This document shows positions 22,826-34,365 of a DNA stretch of 64,000 bases, piece after piece (the stretch's first letter is position 1; each line of letters opens with the position of its first letter). Below the pieces are notes generated by a model that was given only the letters and a program-made list of their open reading frames with translations, searched no databases and was not told where the DNA came from. The position numbers and the translations under genes are program-made. The stretch comes from Fimicolochytrium jonesii (lineage: Eukaryota), in contig NW_026515680.1 of NCBI RefSeq assembly GCF_025526975.1, forward strand, positions 62,001 to 126,000, in the 5' to 3' direction.

Positions 22826-24494
22826 ATGAATCTGATCGCAGGTAAGATGCTCACCCCATCTAATTCTTGCAACCTCTACATCTGCCACTTCGATACTCAC
22901 TTTTGCGCCGTTCCTTAGGACAATACGGACCCCCAGGCATGATCGTGGGCGCGATGTGGCCCCTAGCGCTCACATGTGAGGATCCCTTGTTTTCCGCAGA
23001 CTGTTTGTCTGCAGGGCATTTTATGTTTTTACTCTACACATACATTCTTGACCCCGCTCTTTCCCAGCCATCCTCCTGGCTATCTGGCGTGTGCTAAACA
23101 TTCTCGATGGTCGATCGGCGGCCCTCTTTCTCTCGTCGCTCGGTAGTGTTGCTACGGTTTGCGTGATGACATGGGCGAAGTAAGTACTAAAAACTGGGGA
23201 TGAAATCCTATACAATCGGCTCGGCCGTGTGTCACTACCCCTGCTCATGATATATTTCCATTCCAGAACCCTGGCACCCCTGGACCTACTCGCTCGTGAA
23301 AACACATATATATGTGTGTTAATTGTCCTTGGACAGATTCAGTCTGGGGCCGTCTTCGTGTCGGCGTCGTTTCGCTTCTCCACTGTCATTATGGACAAAG
23401 CGCGGAAGCGCAAGATGGTGGCTGCTAGCACGGCGGCAGCGGTAAGTCGATCGAGACTACCTTACCCGACTTTGTGTATCCTTTCCAGCTCCCAATCACC
23501 GTTCTCTCCGCTTGATCGCCTCACTAACTCGCTTATTCCCTATTACCCCCCACACTCTTCTCCTACGACCATCTGACCCGCCGCCAGGTCTTGATTGTCA
23601 TTACGACCACTACCATTGGTCTTCTCGGGCAGACACGGGACGGCCACCACCGTGTGCCGTTATACTTCTGGTTTTTCAATTCGATCACACCCGGTTTATA
23701 CTTCGTCGTTGGTACATCGCTTTTTGGCCGAACGGTAAGCAGCCTGGTGTGATCTTCTTTGTGGGAGTTATGCCACATACTCACGCAGATGTTCTTCGTG
23801 GAACACCAAGCTCCGCAAGTTAGACAATACCACGAAGGAGCACGGAGCGAACAAAACGCTACTTTTCTTGCTATATGCCAACAATGTTTGCATGATCGTC
23901 GGATGCCTAGCATGCCTTATTCTGATCGTTCTGCCTCTCGTGCGCGACAGTAAGCAAACCATCTCGAGCGTCGTCCCTATCTAGCCCTTTCCCGTTATTC
24001 GTGAAAGCAACGGACTCATCTCAACATCACAGTGACCATAATTTTCCGTCATTTCCTCAGCTTATGAAGACCTGACAGTCGTACCAGCCATCTTCCTTGC
24101 GTCTGCGGCGGTGATTTTCACCGAGAACATCTTCGAGCTGATTACACTGTTCAAGAGGGCAAACCAGCTAGCGAGCTCCGTCGGCGGGCAAGCACCACCA
24201 TATGAAGGCGGCAACCAAGGGCCGGCACGGGAACCCGGTCTCCCGTCGGGTCTGGGACTTCAGACCGCTAGCTTCACCGCTGCCAGCACCACAGGGATTG
24301 GGGGATCATTTGCTGGTGGTGGCGCCTTGGGCTTTGGCGTGTCTCGTGAGATACCGCCGACGGTCGAGACCGGGAACCCGTGTCGGCCCCAGTTGCAAAC
24401 CGGCATGCAACCGGCTCATTCTCGTATCATTCACACGCATTCGCATTCGCCGCGCTGTAGCACAGCCATGTTTACGTCGTCGGCTGGGAAATGA
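22826..24494 (+). CDS. Orphan 7-transmembrane (GPCR-like) protein, multi-exon, fragmented in the ORF track
   Basis: Spliced product MNLIAGQYGPPGMIVGAMWPLALTSILLAIWRV / SAALFLSSLGSVATVCVMTWA / TYICVLIVLGQIQSGAVFVSASFRF / MVAASTAAAVLIVITTTTIGLLG / LYFWFFNSITPGLYFVVGTSLFG / LLFLLYANNVCMIVGCLACLILIVLPLV / VVPAIFLASAAVIFTENIFELI plus an S/G/T-rich tail. One acceptor (~23810, AAG) is uncertain. Confidence 0.75.
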
Positions 24495-24716
24495 ATGAGC
24501 ATCTACGCGAGCAAGAGGAGCGTATCCTTGAGTTTCGTCGCAAGCTTCGGGCGGTTTTCAGAAGAGCACCAAATGATTAATCGAATCAAGCCCGTTATCG
24601 ACGCTATTGGACGAAGGCTCGCCGAACGAGTGTCTTGCCCGATCCCAGACCGTTACAAGTCTACTACAAGCACGAGCTAGCTACAACAACTGGATCACAA
24701 GTCCATACGGTCACTA

Positions 24717-24895
24717 GGCGAGCATCTGCCCTCCGCAAGAGTAACAAGAAGAGCACAAAAAGGGTGTTGTGGGAGAGCCTGCCGGTGATAGCGTCGTGTT
24801 ACTCGGACAGCAATCTGGTGCGTGTCGCCGGCTGGAAGCCCAACGGCTTCATCCCAATTTACGAAGCAGCATTCGGTGGCATCTGGGAGGACCAC
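24717..24895 (+). repeat. Dispersed degenerate repeat / gene relic, copy 1
   Basis: gcgagcatctg...gcaagagtaacaagaagagcacaaaaa...tactcggaca...atctggt.cgtg...ccggctggaa.ccc...catcccaat.tac...agcattcg is shared with 29695-29845. Confidence 0.75.
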
Positions 24896-25513
24896 CGCCC
24901 AATTGTACCACCACCGCCTCCAGGATGGGTCTTCACCCTCCCACAAATTCTGTCCCGTGGCCCGAGGCCCTCGACTGTCCGGGAAGCGCCTACGGCCAAT
25001 CTCCTCTTTCTATGGCCGACCGAACATATCATTGACATGAGCGGCATCTAGTACAGTATAGTTCATACCAGGAATTGCTCAACTCACTGTGAATGCAATG
25101 GACCACATAAAGACGAATAAGCTTAAAGAATTCGATAAAGAACGTCTCATCGGAGATGACATGAATCAATCATAAAGCATCGGACTTTTTCGGATCGAAT
25201 CCTCCCTTATAATGCTGGGCCAGTCCGAAGACAAGTCTGTGCAGTGCCCAAAATCATTCAGATGGGTCTACTCCTTGTGCGAAACGAAGTCTGTAAATGA
25301 ATGTATGCACAGGCTGCACACTCCGGAAGCGAACAGCGCACGCATCGTGATGGCATGCCTGTGTTCCGCTAGCGCTTCGAAGTTACGACATACGTTGTAT
25401 GCACCCCGTACATTGCGGGAGATGCGCAAGCCTTATCCTCGAGCTACAATTACATGCCAACCTACAGACTACATAGAGCGTTCATAAACACTTGGGCATC
25501 ACTTTTTCAATAA

Positions 25514-28500
25514 CTAGAATGCAATGTGACTTTGTTCGTTAGCCATGCGCAGCGCTGTTCCGGACCGGCTATATGTGACTGTTTTGGCACGCACCTCTGC
25601 AAAAGGATCTGTAATCTGCCGCAACTCCCGGCCCGATTCCAACGTCGCGGGATTAACGCCAAGACCTTGTATCTGCACAGACTATGGCATGAGACACGAA
25701 TCTCCTCGGATCTCGCAAACTTCCCGCAACACCACACGCCAAAACAGATTAGTAAGAGCTTTGCTAAGGTCCTCACCTCCGTGATATACTGCTCGACGTC
25801 CAAGTACAACTGCAACCGGATCTTGTCACCGTCGCTCATGGCGTTTTCGCCCGCGGCGGTTGTGGGCCGCAGCCGGCTGGATTTTTTCATGCGGCGGTTG
25901 TAATCTTCGAACCATTTGTTGTCAGAAACGAGCTTGGCGAGGGTTGCGGCGTATCTGTGGTGGGAGAAGATGCGGTAGAGTTTGGTCAGGGACATCGAAT
26001 GGCAGTTTACGGGAGGCGTGCCCCAAGAAGGCAACACTCAGCTCACTTCGATGTAACGTTATCGACGACATTTGCCGTCCACTCCGACGTGGCGACCGAG
26101 TTTGCCAGGTTCCCATTTTCCTCGAAAAACGCCAACATCGGCGTAAAGATTGTCGGGATGAAGTACGAGGCTTTGCTTGGCGGCTGTAAACTTCGAGTTC
26201 AACACAACCAATAGTGTACCCTTCATGAACGCGCACGTCAGTCCTATACACACCTCCTTGTTGGTAGCGCGATACTGCCGGGTAATGGCTTGTACGTTAT
26301 CATACAGAGGCTCAAAGCAGCGTTGGACCAGCACTTGGCATACTCGTTGCGTCAGAAGCGGTAGCATGTCCTGCAGTGGTGATAATGATTCTCGTAACGA
26401 GTCTGTATAAGAAGAATATCGTGATTAGTTGGAACTTCGGGAGGAAAAGTAGATGCACATGCCAAATTCCTACCTTGCAGGACCTGCTCCGTCCGACTTC
26501 CTCCCGGTATTCTTGTGCGGATCACGTCATTGAAAGTGTTTGCAACCTAGGAGCAAGAGCAAATAAGTGAGGAGGGGTAATGATTGTAACGGGCTTCATT
26601 GTACACGCATACCTGCGAGATGATATTCCTCAAATCATTATAAAAGTACATGTATGTTTTCAAACTCTGCTGTTCGGCAGGGAAAGCAGTGCTCGTCGAT
26701 ACCCGACCACCAGGCGTCGGTGAAGTGGCCACATCCGGCGCTTCAACCGGATTTGCACTAATATCGAGCTGAAGCGTTTCCTTGACCCAAATAACGTAAC
26801 GTGCAACCAATTGCAACGTCAGTTTCCAAAATCGATGCGCTAGTCCAGGTAGGTAGACGGATGGGTCCCAGCAGAGGTTGATGCATATCATCAAGGCACT
26901 GCTGGGTGTCATGATCAGGCCTTCTGAAACGTTGACGTTAGCATTGAGGTCGTCCGTGGCCGTGGTCGCGTCCTCGAAATCTGTGGCGATTTCGCGAAAC
27001 CGGATTTGGAAGTATACCGGCAGTTGCCACCGCTTCAGGAAGTCTGAGGTGATTGAATGGGCGCGGAATCGGCCCAGGACGTCAGATGTTTTGCAGAGGG
27101 ATTCCATCTCCGATACGAAGTGAATGGTACAGCTGTAGTTCTGTGATGGCGGGATGAACGGTTGAGCATGGTGCGTTATTCCCTCGCAAGGGAACCCTCA
27201 CACACCTTATGGAACACCTCCGGAATTCCCGGATTGAAAATAAAGGGAATCTTCTTCATAATCGCCGTCGCGACAGCAACCCAGATGCTGTCCACATGCA
27301 GATTCGCTTTCGTCCCATGAAACGCCTTCGTCGTGACTGCGACAACTTTCGCACAATCCTTCGCCACAAACGCCAAGATCGCGTCATACATATTCTCCAG
27401 CGGGTTCCTCGCCGACGCAATATCCGTCTTGGGCGTGGCACCGGTCCGCGTCTCAAGGACGAGATTTTGCCTGTTGACAACTTTGTCAAGGAATGGGGCC
27501 ATGACGGATTCGCTAAAGATCTGCTCGGCTTCGTCTGCTCGGTCGACTGAGACGTATGTGCGGAGGATTTGGGAGAGGTCGTTTTCCGCGACGGCTGTGC
27601 TGTTGGGGGACATGACTCGCTCGTACGAGAGCTTGAGCGATCTTGAGAGACTTTGAGTGAGCGTGTCTTTGATGTGCGCTACACGCTGATGCGACGTGAA
27701 GTAGATATCAGCATCGCTCAGCTTTGTTGCATTCGAAGGGCCATGAAAGCAAACCTTATCAATCTTCTGCACAAAAGGAGTCTTGCTCGCCCGCGATATC
27801 AGATACCGCAGCTGCGTGTACTCGTTTGCAACACGTTCGATCAGCTTTCCTTCCGCCAGCGCCTCTTCATTGCCATCGCCGTCTCGAGGATGCCCCTCGT
27901 TTGACATCTTTAACAGGCCATCCAGCTTCTCCAGCGATTCATGAATGTTGACGAATAGTTGGAGGTAGACCTACTTGAAACGAGTGTAAGACTGACATCG
28001 CGAGCAAACTCGTTCATAGACCGTGCTCGAGAAACCCGCCACAGATGCAGACCTTCTTTTCCCTCAACTCAGCTCTGTTCTCCAACTCCTCCTCCAGCTG
28101 TGATATCCCATCGTTCAAAGCATCCCTGACTGCCTGCGTAATGTCATAAGTCAGAGATCATCTTCTCACGCGCGTCATCCTCTGAGTTCCCGACGCATGC
28201 AACGCCATGAACTGAAAACGGTACCTGCACACTCCCCTCAATCTTCTCCAAGGGCCCCCCCAGCCCCGAAATCATCTCATCCACGCCCACCAGCTTCGTC
28301 GACAAGTCAATAAAGTCCGCATAGTCCAAGTTAATGAGTTCCACCAACTCGGTCTTCAGATCCCGCAACGACTGCTGTAACTCCTTTTTCAGCTCATCGA
28401 GGGCTATATGTCGCCGGTCTCCGAGAAACTCTTCGGGGGAGAAGGAGGGGCCGGTGAAGGAGGCGCGGTCGAATGAGATGGGGGGATGGGTGAAACTGGC

Positions 28501-28617
28501 GGAGCGGAGGGCGGAGGGTGGTGGGTGAGAGGCGTCAAATGAGAGGCGGGTTTCAAGATTTAGTGCCGAAGGACTGCCGCGGAAGAGCCGAAGGACTGCC
28601 GCAGAAGGAACTGCCAT
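25514..28617 (-). CDS. COG2: Conserved oligomeric Golgi complex subunit 2
   Basis: LKTELVELINLDYADFIDLSTKLVG, LIERVANEYTQL, IFNPGIPEVFHK, FLKRWQLPVYFQIRFREIA, LAHRFWKLTLQLVARY, MSDGDKIRLQLYLDV. About 9 introns, and the exact 3' end is uncertain. Confidence 0.93.
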
Positions 28618-29694
28618 CTCTTCAAAGGCAACGGTATTCTTTGCTCAGAGGCCTTCCAAAGTATGTTGCCTTGTGCGGCCTGCAATTGCGCCCTTCAACT
28701 TCCTCATTGGCGTGACATGCCTCCCGACCCGCAGAGAAACGCGTCGCAACATGCCGCAACGCCTTACAGTAACTGCGAAGGCACCCCGTTTTCGCAAGGG
28801 GGGGATCCATAGGCAAGGACGGATTCTGTACGATGTGCATTGAACAATGATTCTATCCATGCCCTTTGGCGGGCGAGGGCATAACCCGGGTTACCGCAAA
28901 GGAGTGATAGACCCCCGGGCATGTGCTTGTCAACCGCGACCCATATGATTCGAGGTGGTATATGTGATACGATACAACCTTTCCTCTCAGGTACCATGTC
29001 CCATCCCAATCGTCTGGGGGACATACTGTATCACGGAAGGAATACGCGAATACGGATTCCCTACGTCGTCTGTGATACACTGTGTAAGACACGGCCAGGT
29101 GCAAGCCTCTCAAGCGTCTAATGCATGACTTTGAGGAACTCATTTCGTAAGAACTTCCTCCTGAGTCCTCACTGCATCGAACGCCATGCCCTCAAAAGTG
29201 GCGACATCCGTTACGGATTCATGACTGGCCGGTTTCGAGAGTTTATGTGGGCGGCCGCTATCTGGAATATCAGCAACAATGCAAAGAGCATAGACCCGGG
29301 GAGTATAGAGCTTACGTTGTAATGCGTACATCACTCGCTCAATGTCACATCTCTTGCGGCACGCTTCCTGCTTCAAAAGAGGGAAAAAGTGATCTTGTCG
29401 TCATTTATCCTGTCAGTAATTCGGCGTGTGAATCGTACAAAAACTGTCATTTCGTGATTAGCAAAGCAAAAAAGCCAACACTCCGCTCCACTAACATCCG
29501 ACCACTCGAGCAGCACACAACGTGCTTTATTGAGGGTCAGGCAGCCCTCAACAAACCCTTAATTGAACGGCGCAGGACAGCCATCCACAAGAGCCCGGCC
29601 GCGGAGGTAACGAATATCTACGCAAGAAGAGGAGCGAACTCTCCAGTTTCGTCGCAGGCTTTCGGGTGGTTCTCCGGAGAACATCAAACGGAGA

Positions 29695-29845
29695 GCGAGC
29701 ATCTGTCATCTGCAAGAGTAACAAGAAGAGCACAAAAACGTCGTCTTGAGGCTACTCGGACATCTGGTCCGTGCCGCCCGGCTGGAAACCCGAAGGCAAC
29801 CATCCCAATATACTAACGAGCATTCGTGGCATTTAGCAAGACCAC
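29695..29845 (+). repeat. Dispersed degenerate repeat / gene relic, copy 2
   Basis: Same-orientation homolog of 24717-24895 with indels. Confidence 0.75.
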
Positions 29846-30667
29846 GTTGTGTGCGGAAGAAATTGGCTCCGCCCCTATGCGGGCGGATCTGCATGGGGAC
29901 GCCTTCCATCTGCGCCGTGATCCGCGACGTCTGGACGCGCCTTCGCACATCCAGTTGGGCGACGGTCCTCGACTGTTCCTCAAGCGCCAGTTTCGCGGGC
30001 CTACAAGATCACTGACGAGGTGGAATCCATCGGAGCCATTGGCGCCTTTTTGCAGCCCCAAGCACAGATCTATGCGATCACACGTTTTGTTCAGAAAGCA
30101 CCATGGACGAGGTGGACGATCGAATCATGGTCCCAGGGTGGGCATTCACCCCCCGGCGACCAATCTTGTTCCGTAGCCCCAGGCCCCGCGCGCATCCAGC
30201 TGGACGACGGCGGAATCAGACGGGTCGCCCTCTCCCACCCGACCCGTGAACACTCAGACCTCCCTCCATCCCCAATGTACGCACCGAACCCAAAGGCCTG
30301 CACCCGCCCACTTCCCATGACCCTTCCAATCTGCGTCCACCGCATCGAAGATCATGCGGCAAAGCACTTCCGTTCAAACAGTGGGATTTTTCCCCTTTGC
30401 GTGAAACAGGCTTCGCTTGCAAAGCACTCCATTTGTATGCTCGTTATTCATTCCAAAAAAATATACACCCCTCAACCCATTTCCCGTGCGGCACCAGCCG
30501 TTTCCGTATCACCCTCCTGTGGCCAAACCTGGGCCCACTGCCATCTGTACATGATCGTTATTCACTCCAAGAAAGATTAGACCCATCAAACCATGGGCAG
30601 CCGACCCGTTTTCCGAATCAGATATCGTTCCCCCTCCTTACCCCTCCCACAAAGAGTGCCCCACCAT

Positions 30668-33150
30668 TCATCTCTGAACCCTCCCCAACCCAAACGCTCC
30701 CCCGGCTCCAGCCGCACCCGCACCCGCGCCAGCCCTTGCAACCGGATCGTAAAACGGGTGACGGGTGACGAACGCCGATCCCCTTGCCGTTTCTTTGCGT
30801 TCCTGTCGTTGCGGCTGCTGCTGCTGCTGTTGTTGTTGTTGTTGTTGTGATACCGTATATTGTTGGTGGTGGGGAAGGGGAGGCGGGTGCGCGAAGGAGG
30901 TCATGAGTTGTTTAGCGGAGCGGGCTACGGATTGGTATTGGTGGTGTGTTGGGAGGGTGTTGGTGTTATTGGTGGTGGAGAGGGAGGCGGAAGGGTGCGG
31001 TTGGCGGAAAGGGTGCGGTTGCGGGGTCAAGTCCTCCGCGGTCGTGTTTGTATGTTGTCGTTCGCGGGTTGTGGTCGGTGGGTGGGGGGCAGTCGTTGGT
31101 CGTGAGTGTGCGGGTGGGGGCAGTTGTTGCGCCTCCCATGTATTTTGCGGGGGTGGTGGGGCTGGTGGATAACTTGCTCCAGTACCACCATCAAGATTCT
31201 TCCCCTGCCCCTTCGCATTGGCAAGAAAAGTATCCCCCTCCCCCCCGTCGGGATGCCTAAACATACTCATAGCCTCCATATTAAGCGCACAAACACCCCT
31301 CATGAACGCCTTCTTCATCTCTTCTTCCTGCACCGCGCGCGCCGATTCGGAGATAGCCAGGCGGCTGTTGACTTCTGTGAGGTTGCGTTCCAGCTGATGG
31401 GGAGATGGGGGTGTGAGAGATCTGGAATGTGGGAGAGCAAGAGTACGGGAGGGACTTACGTGTGCGATCCGCTTATCGTACTCGCCAGCGAGCGATTCCA
31501 TTGCTTTCTCCGCTTCCATCTACAAACAACACCGAGTCAATCAATATCCATCGCTCAAAGACTCTTTATTCCCATTCTCAGACTCCTCAAAATCCTGGTA
31601 ACATACCTTAACCCTCCTCTCAACAGTCCTCCGCCACGTCGTCCCCGCAATCTCCTTCCACCCCAACAACAACTTCCTCGCAACCGCTCTTCGATGGTGC
31701 TGCACAGCGAGCCGCATGACCATCCGCGACCGCCGCTCTTCCGCGTATTTCAGGCGCCAGCGTGCAAAGAATAGGCCTGTTTGCGAGATTAGGCGCTAAA
31801 GGTATTGGAAGCGGGTGAGAAATCGAGGATGTGATATCCTTACAAAGATTTAACTTCAGATTACCTTCTTGGAAAGATACCCCAAAGAAACGTCCATCAG
31901 ATTCTCGCACCGGACCGCTTTCGCCTCACAGGTGACGATATAGGCCTCGGCGGTCTTGAGCCTGTTTTCGACATCGGCGAGATGGTCGGCGATCTCGGCT
32001 TTGGCTTGGTTGATAAGCTGGGTTTGGCGGCGGAGCATTTGCGATTTGGCGGTCATGAAGTCTGCCTATGAAGATAGGATGTGATGTCAGTTGCCGTCCC
32101 ACAGGGTCGCTTTCGAGCTGGATGACACCCGCCAACATACCACAATAGCTCTCCGCATCAACCCCGTCCACTTATCAACCGACTCCGCAAATCCATTAGC
32201 ATCCGGGTCCATATCCATCAGCACCGGATCATCACCCTCCCCATTCCCAACATCGAACGTCTCGGGCCGGGATTTGGCGGCCGGGCGCGGCGGGGACGGG
32301 TTGCGCGATGACCGGCCGCTGAGTTCTTTGGAGAGGCTTGGGACGCGTTTGCTGGTTGCGGTATTGCGCGTAGACGCAGAGCGAGGTTTACTTTGTTGGA
32401 GGAGGGTTGTAGTGGAGTTGGAGGGTGGCAGATTTTGGTGGGATGATGAGACGACGTTACGGGACGAGATTGAGCGGGTCGGGGGTGCATTTGATGCCTT
32501 GTCTGTATCGAAATCCCAACAAATGTTAGAACCCAGTTAAGATAATCACTCCATTACAGCGTTTGTGAAGACGGATGGATACACGCACCTTTCCCAATAA
32601 CACCCATACTCACGCTCCTCGCCTTCAACATCTTCCCCGCCGACGACTGCGAGAGTGCCGTCTTCTTCGGTTTCTCCATCTTCCCTTTCACATCCGAGCC
32701 TTGGGAACCTTTGCCCTCCTCCTCCAGCATTCCAATGGCCGCAACCTTCTCCACCAACTCCGCAGCGGCGGAGTGCTGATCTTCCGATACGGGCTCGACG
32801 ACTCGGTCCCAGGAGGGGGAGGGGATAGGCATGGACATTGTCACGCGTCCGTCGTCGAGGGAGGCTTCGTCGAGGAACGGTTCCTCTTCTTCTTCAATTT
32901 CAAGGTCGCCTTCTTCTCCTAGTAGGAGTTCGGATACTTCGCCGCCTTGGTGATGCGACTCTTCGTGATCACTATCCTCGTCCTGGTCATCGTTTCGCGA
33001 TCGGCCGCTCGTGTTCCCTCCCTGCCGCTGTTGTTGCTGCTGTCGTGCTATATGCTCCTCTTGGACCCGGCTTCCGTTGTCCGGATCCTGCCGATCGTTG
33101 GCGCCGGCGCGTGAGCTCGTCGTGGGGGAATGTGATTGCGAACGTGGCAT
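30668..33150 (-). CDS. POC5: Centriolar protein POC5
   Basis: Hallmark EEEMKKAFMRGVCALNMEAMSMF after a coiled coil, and W-containing centrin-binding-like repeats (RKLLLGWKEIAGTTWRRTVERR). Disordered acidic N-terminus, multiple introns. Confidence 0.85.
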
Positions 33151-33621
33151 GCTGGGCTGGGAAGATGTCCACGGTATGTTTTCCGACTCGCTTTCCCTTG
33201 AGAGGACGACGTAGCTTCACAAGGCTCGTCAACGACACACGCAGTGGTACCCTCTCCGTCGCACAGTTGTTGTTGACACTCGACCGGGGGACAATTAGTA
33301 GGTGGACATGGACAATGTTCCAACTTCGGGACGCGAAACGCGTGGAGAAGAAAGGAGGAGCCTGTTCAACTGCTCAAGTTCACATCACAGACGGGTCCAG
33401 AGGGAAGAGACTCTCCGCAAAGCCGAGTTCGCACAGCACACATGCAGACTAAAGCACACAGAGGACACTGCACAGGTGTTGTTTCGTTCAGGATCTCAAA
33501 AAGCCATGTTGATAAATTTTATACAAGTCGGGTGGGTGTAAAACCAAAAGTTGAAGAGCAGCGCTTCACAAAAAGACTATGTGATGTGGGGTGGTATTTT
33601 GGGCGACTAAGCGTTGAACAT

Positions 33622-33999
33622 TTACTTGTTCAAAGCCTTCTGGGCGTCACCGTGAGCTTCCTGACCGGCTCCCCTGGCGTGGAGGGACTGGTTTCCGACG
33701 GCGTCGCCGACGTTCTTCTTGATGTTACCGACGGCACCGTCAACGGCTCCAGAGGCGTAGTTCTTGGCCTGTGATGATGAAAAGAGGGGGAACGATGTGA
33801 GAAGGATGTTCGCAGTGCTTTCCGAGAGAGAACTAGAATCTTCACGAACCTTGACTCCTTCCACTTCGGCGTTTCCGGACGCACGCTGGGCAGCACCCTC
33901 AGCGCGGAGAGACTGGTTTCCGACGGTAGCACCGATGGTTTCCTTGACGGCGCCGGTAGCGGCCTGGATGTTTCCGTGGGTCTTGGATGGAGCAGACAT
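33622..33999 (-). CDS. CsbD-like / Hmp1-like small stress protein (~98 aa, one 81-nt intron 33849-33769)
   Basis: MSAPSKTHGNIQAATGAVKETIGATVGNQSLRAEGAAQRASGNAEVEGVK|AKNYASGAVDGAVGNIKKNVGDAVGNQSLHARG, i.e. two CsbD-type repeats. Confidence 0.85.
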   Translation of the reverse strand: MSAPSKTHGNIQAATGAVKETIGATVGNQSLRAEGAAQRASGNAEVEGVKVREDSSSLSESTANILLTSFPLFSSSQAKNYASGAVDGAVGNIKKNVGDAVGNQSLHARGAGQEAHGDAQKALNK

Positions 34000-34099
34000 T
34001 TTGATTTTGGGTTCGGTTTGGTGGGGGGTTTGAGAGTGTTGTGTTGTGTTGTTGTGTTGCGTTTGATGAGGAGAAGTGGAGCGGAAGCCGAGGAGGGTC

Positions 34100-34365
34100 G
34101 TTGCTTTTATATCCGGGGGAGGGGGATCTGGGAGTGGGACTGAGCCGACCCTCCGAGGGCCTGTCCGTGAGATGTCAGACCCTGCCACGTAATGCCGCAA
34201 GAGTGGGGAAGGGAGACCAGCTGAGACGAGCCCTTCCACGAAGCGACGTAATTGCGTTGGTTGGTTGCGTGCTGCTGCTGCGAGCGCCTGTCTCCACTCT
34301 CAATTCAATTCGCAATAGGAGCGTGACGGGAGGGAGGGAGGGACACGTCATTGCGCATGACGTCA
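34100..34365 (-). promoter_or_regulatory. Putative promoter of the CsbD-like gene: TATA box plus cluster of ACGT-core (CRE-like) sites
   Basis: TATAAAAG on the minus strand at ~34104-34111. TTACGTGG (34185-34192), TTACGTC (34245-34251), ATGACGTGT (34343-34351) and palindromic TGACGTCA (34358-34365). Confidence 0.55.
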
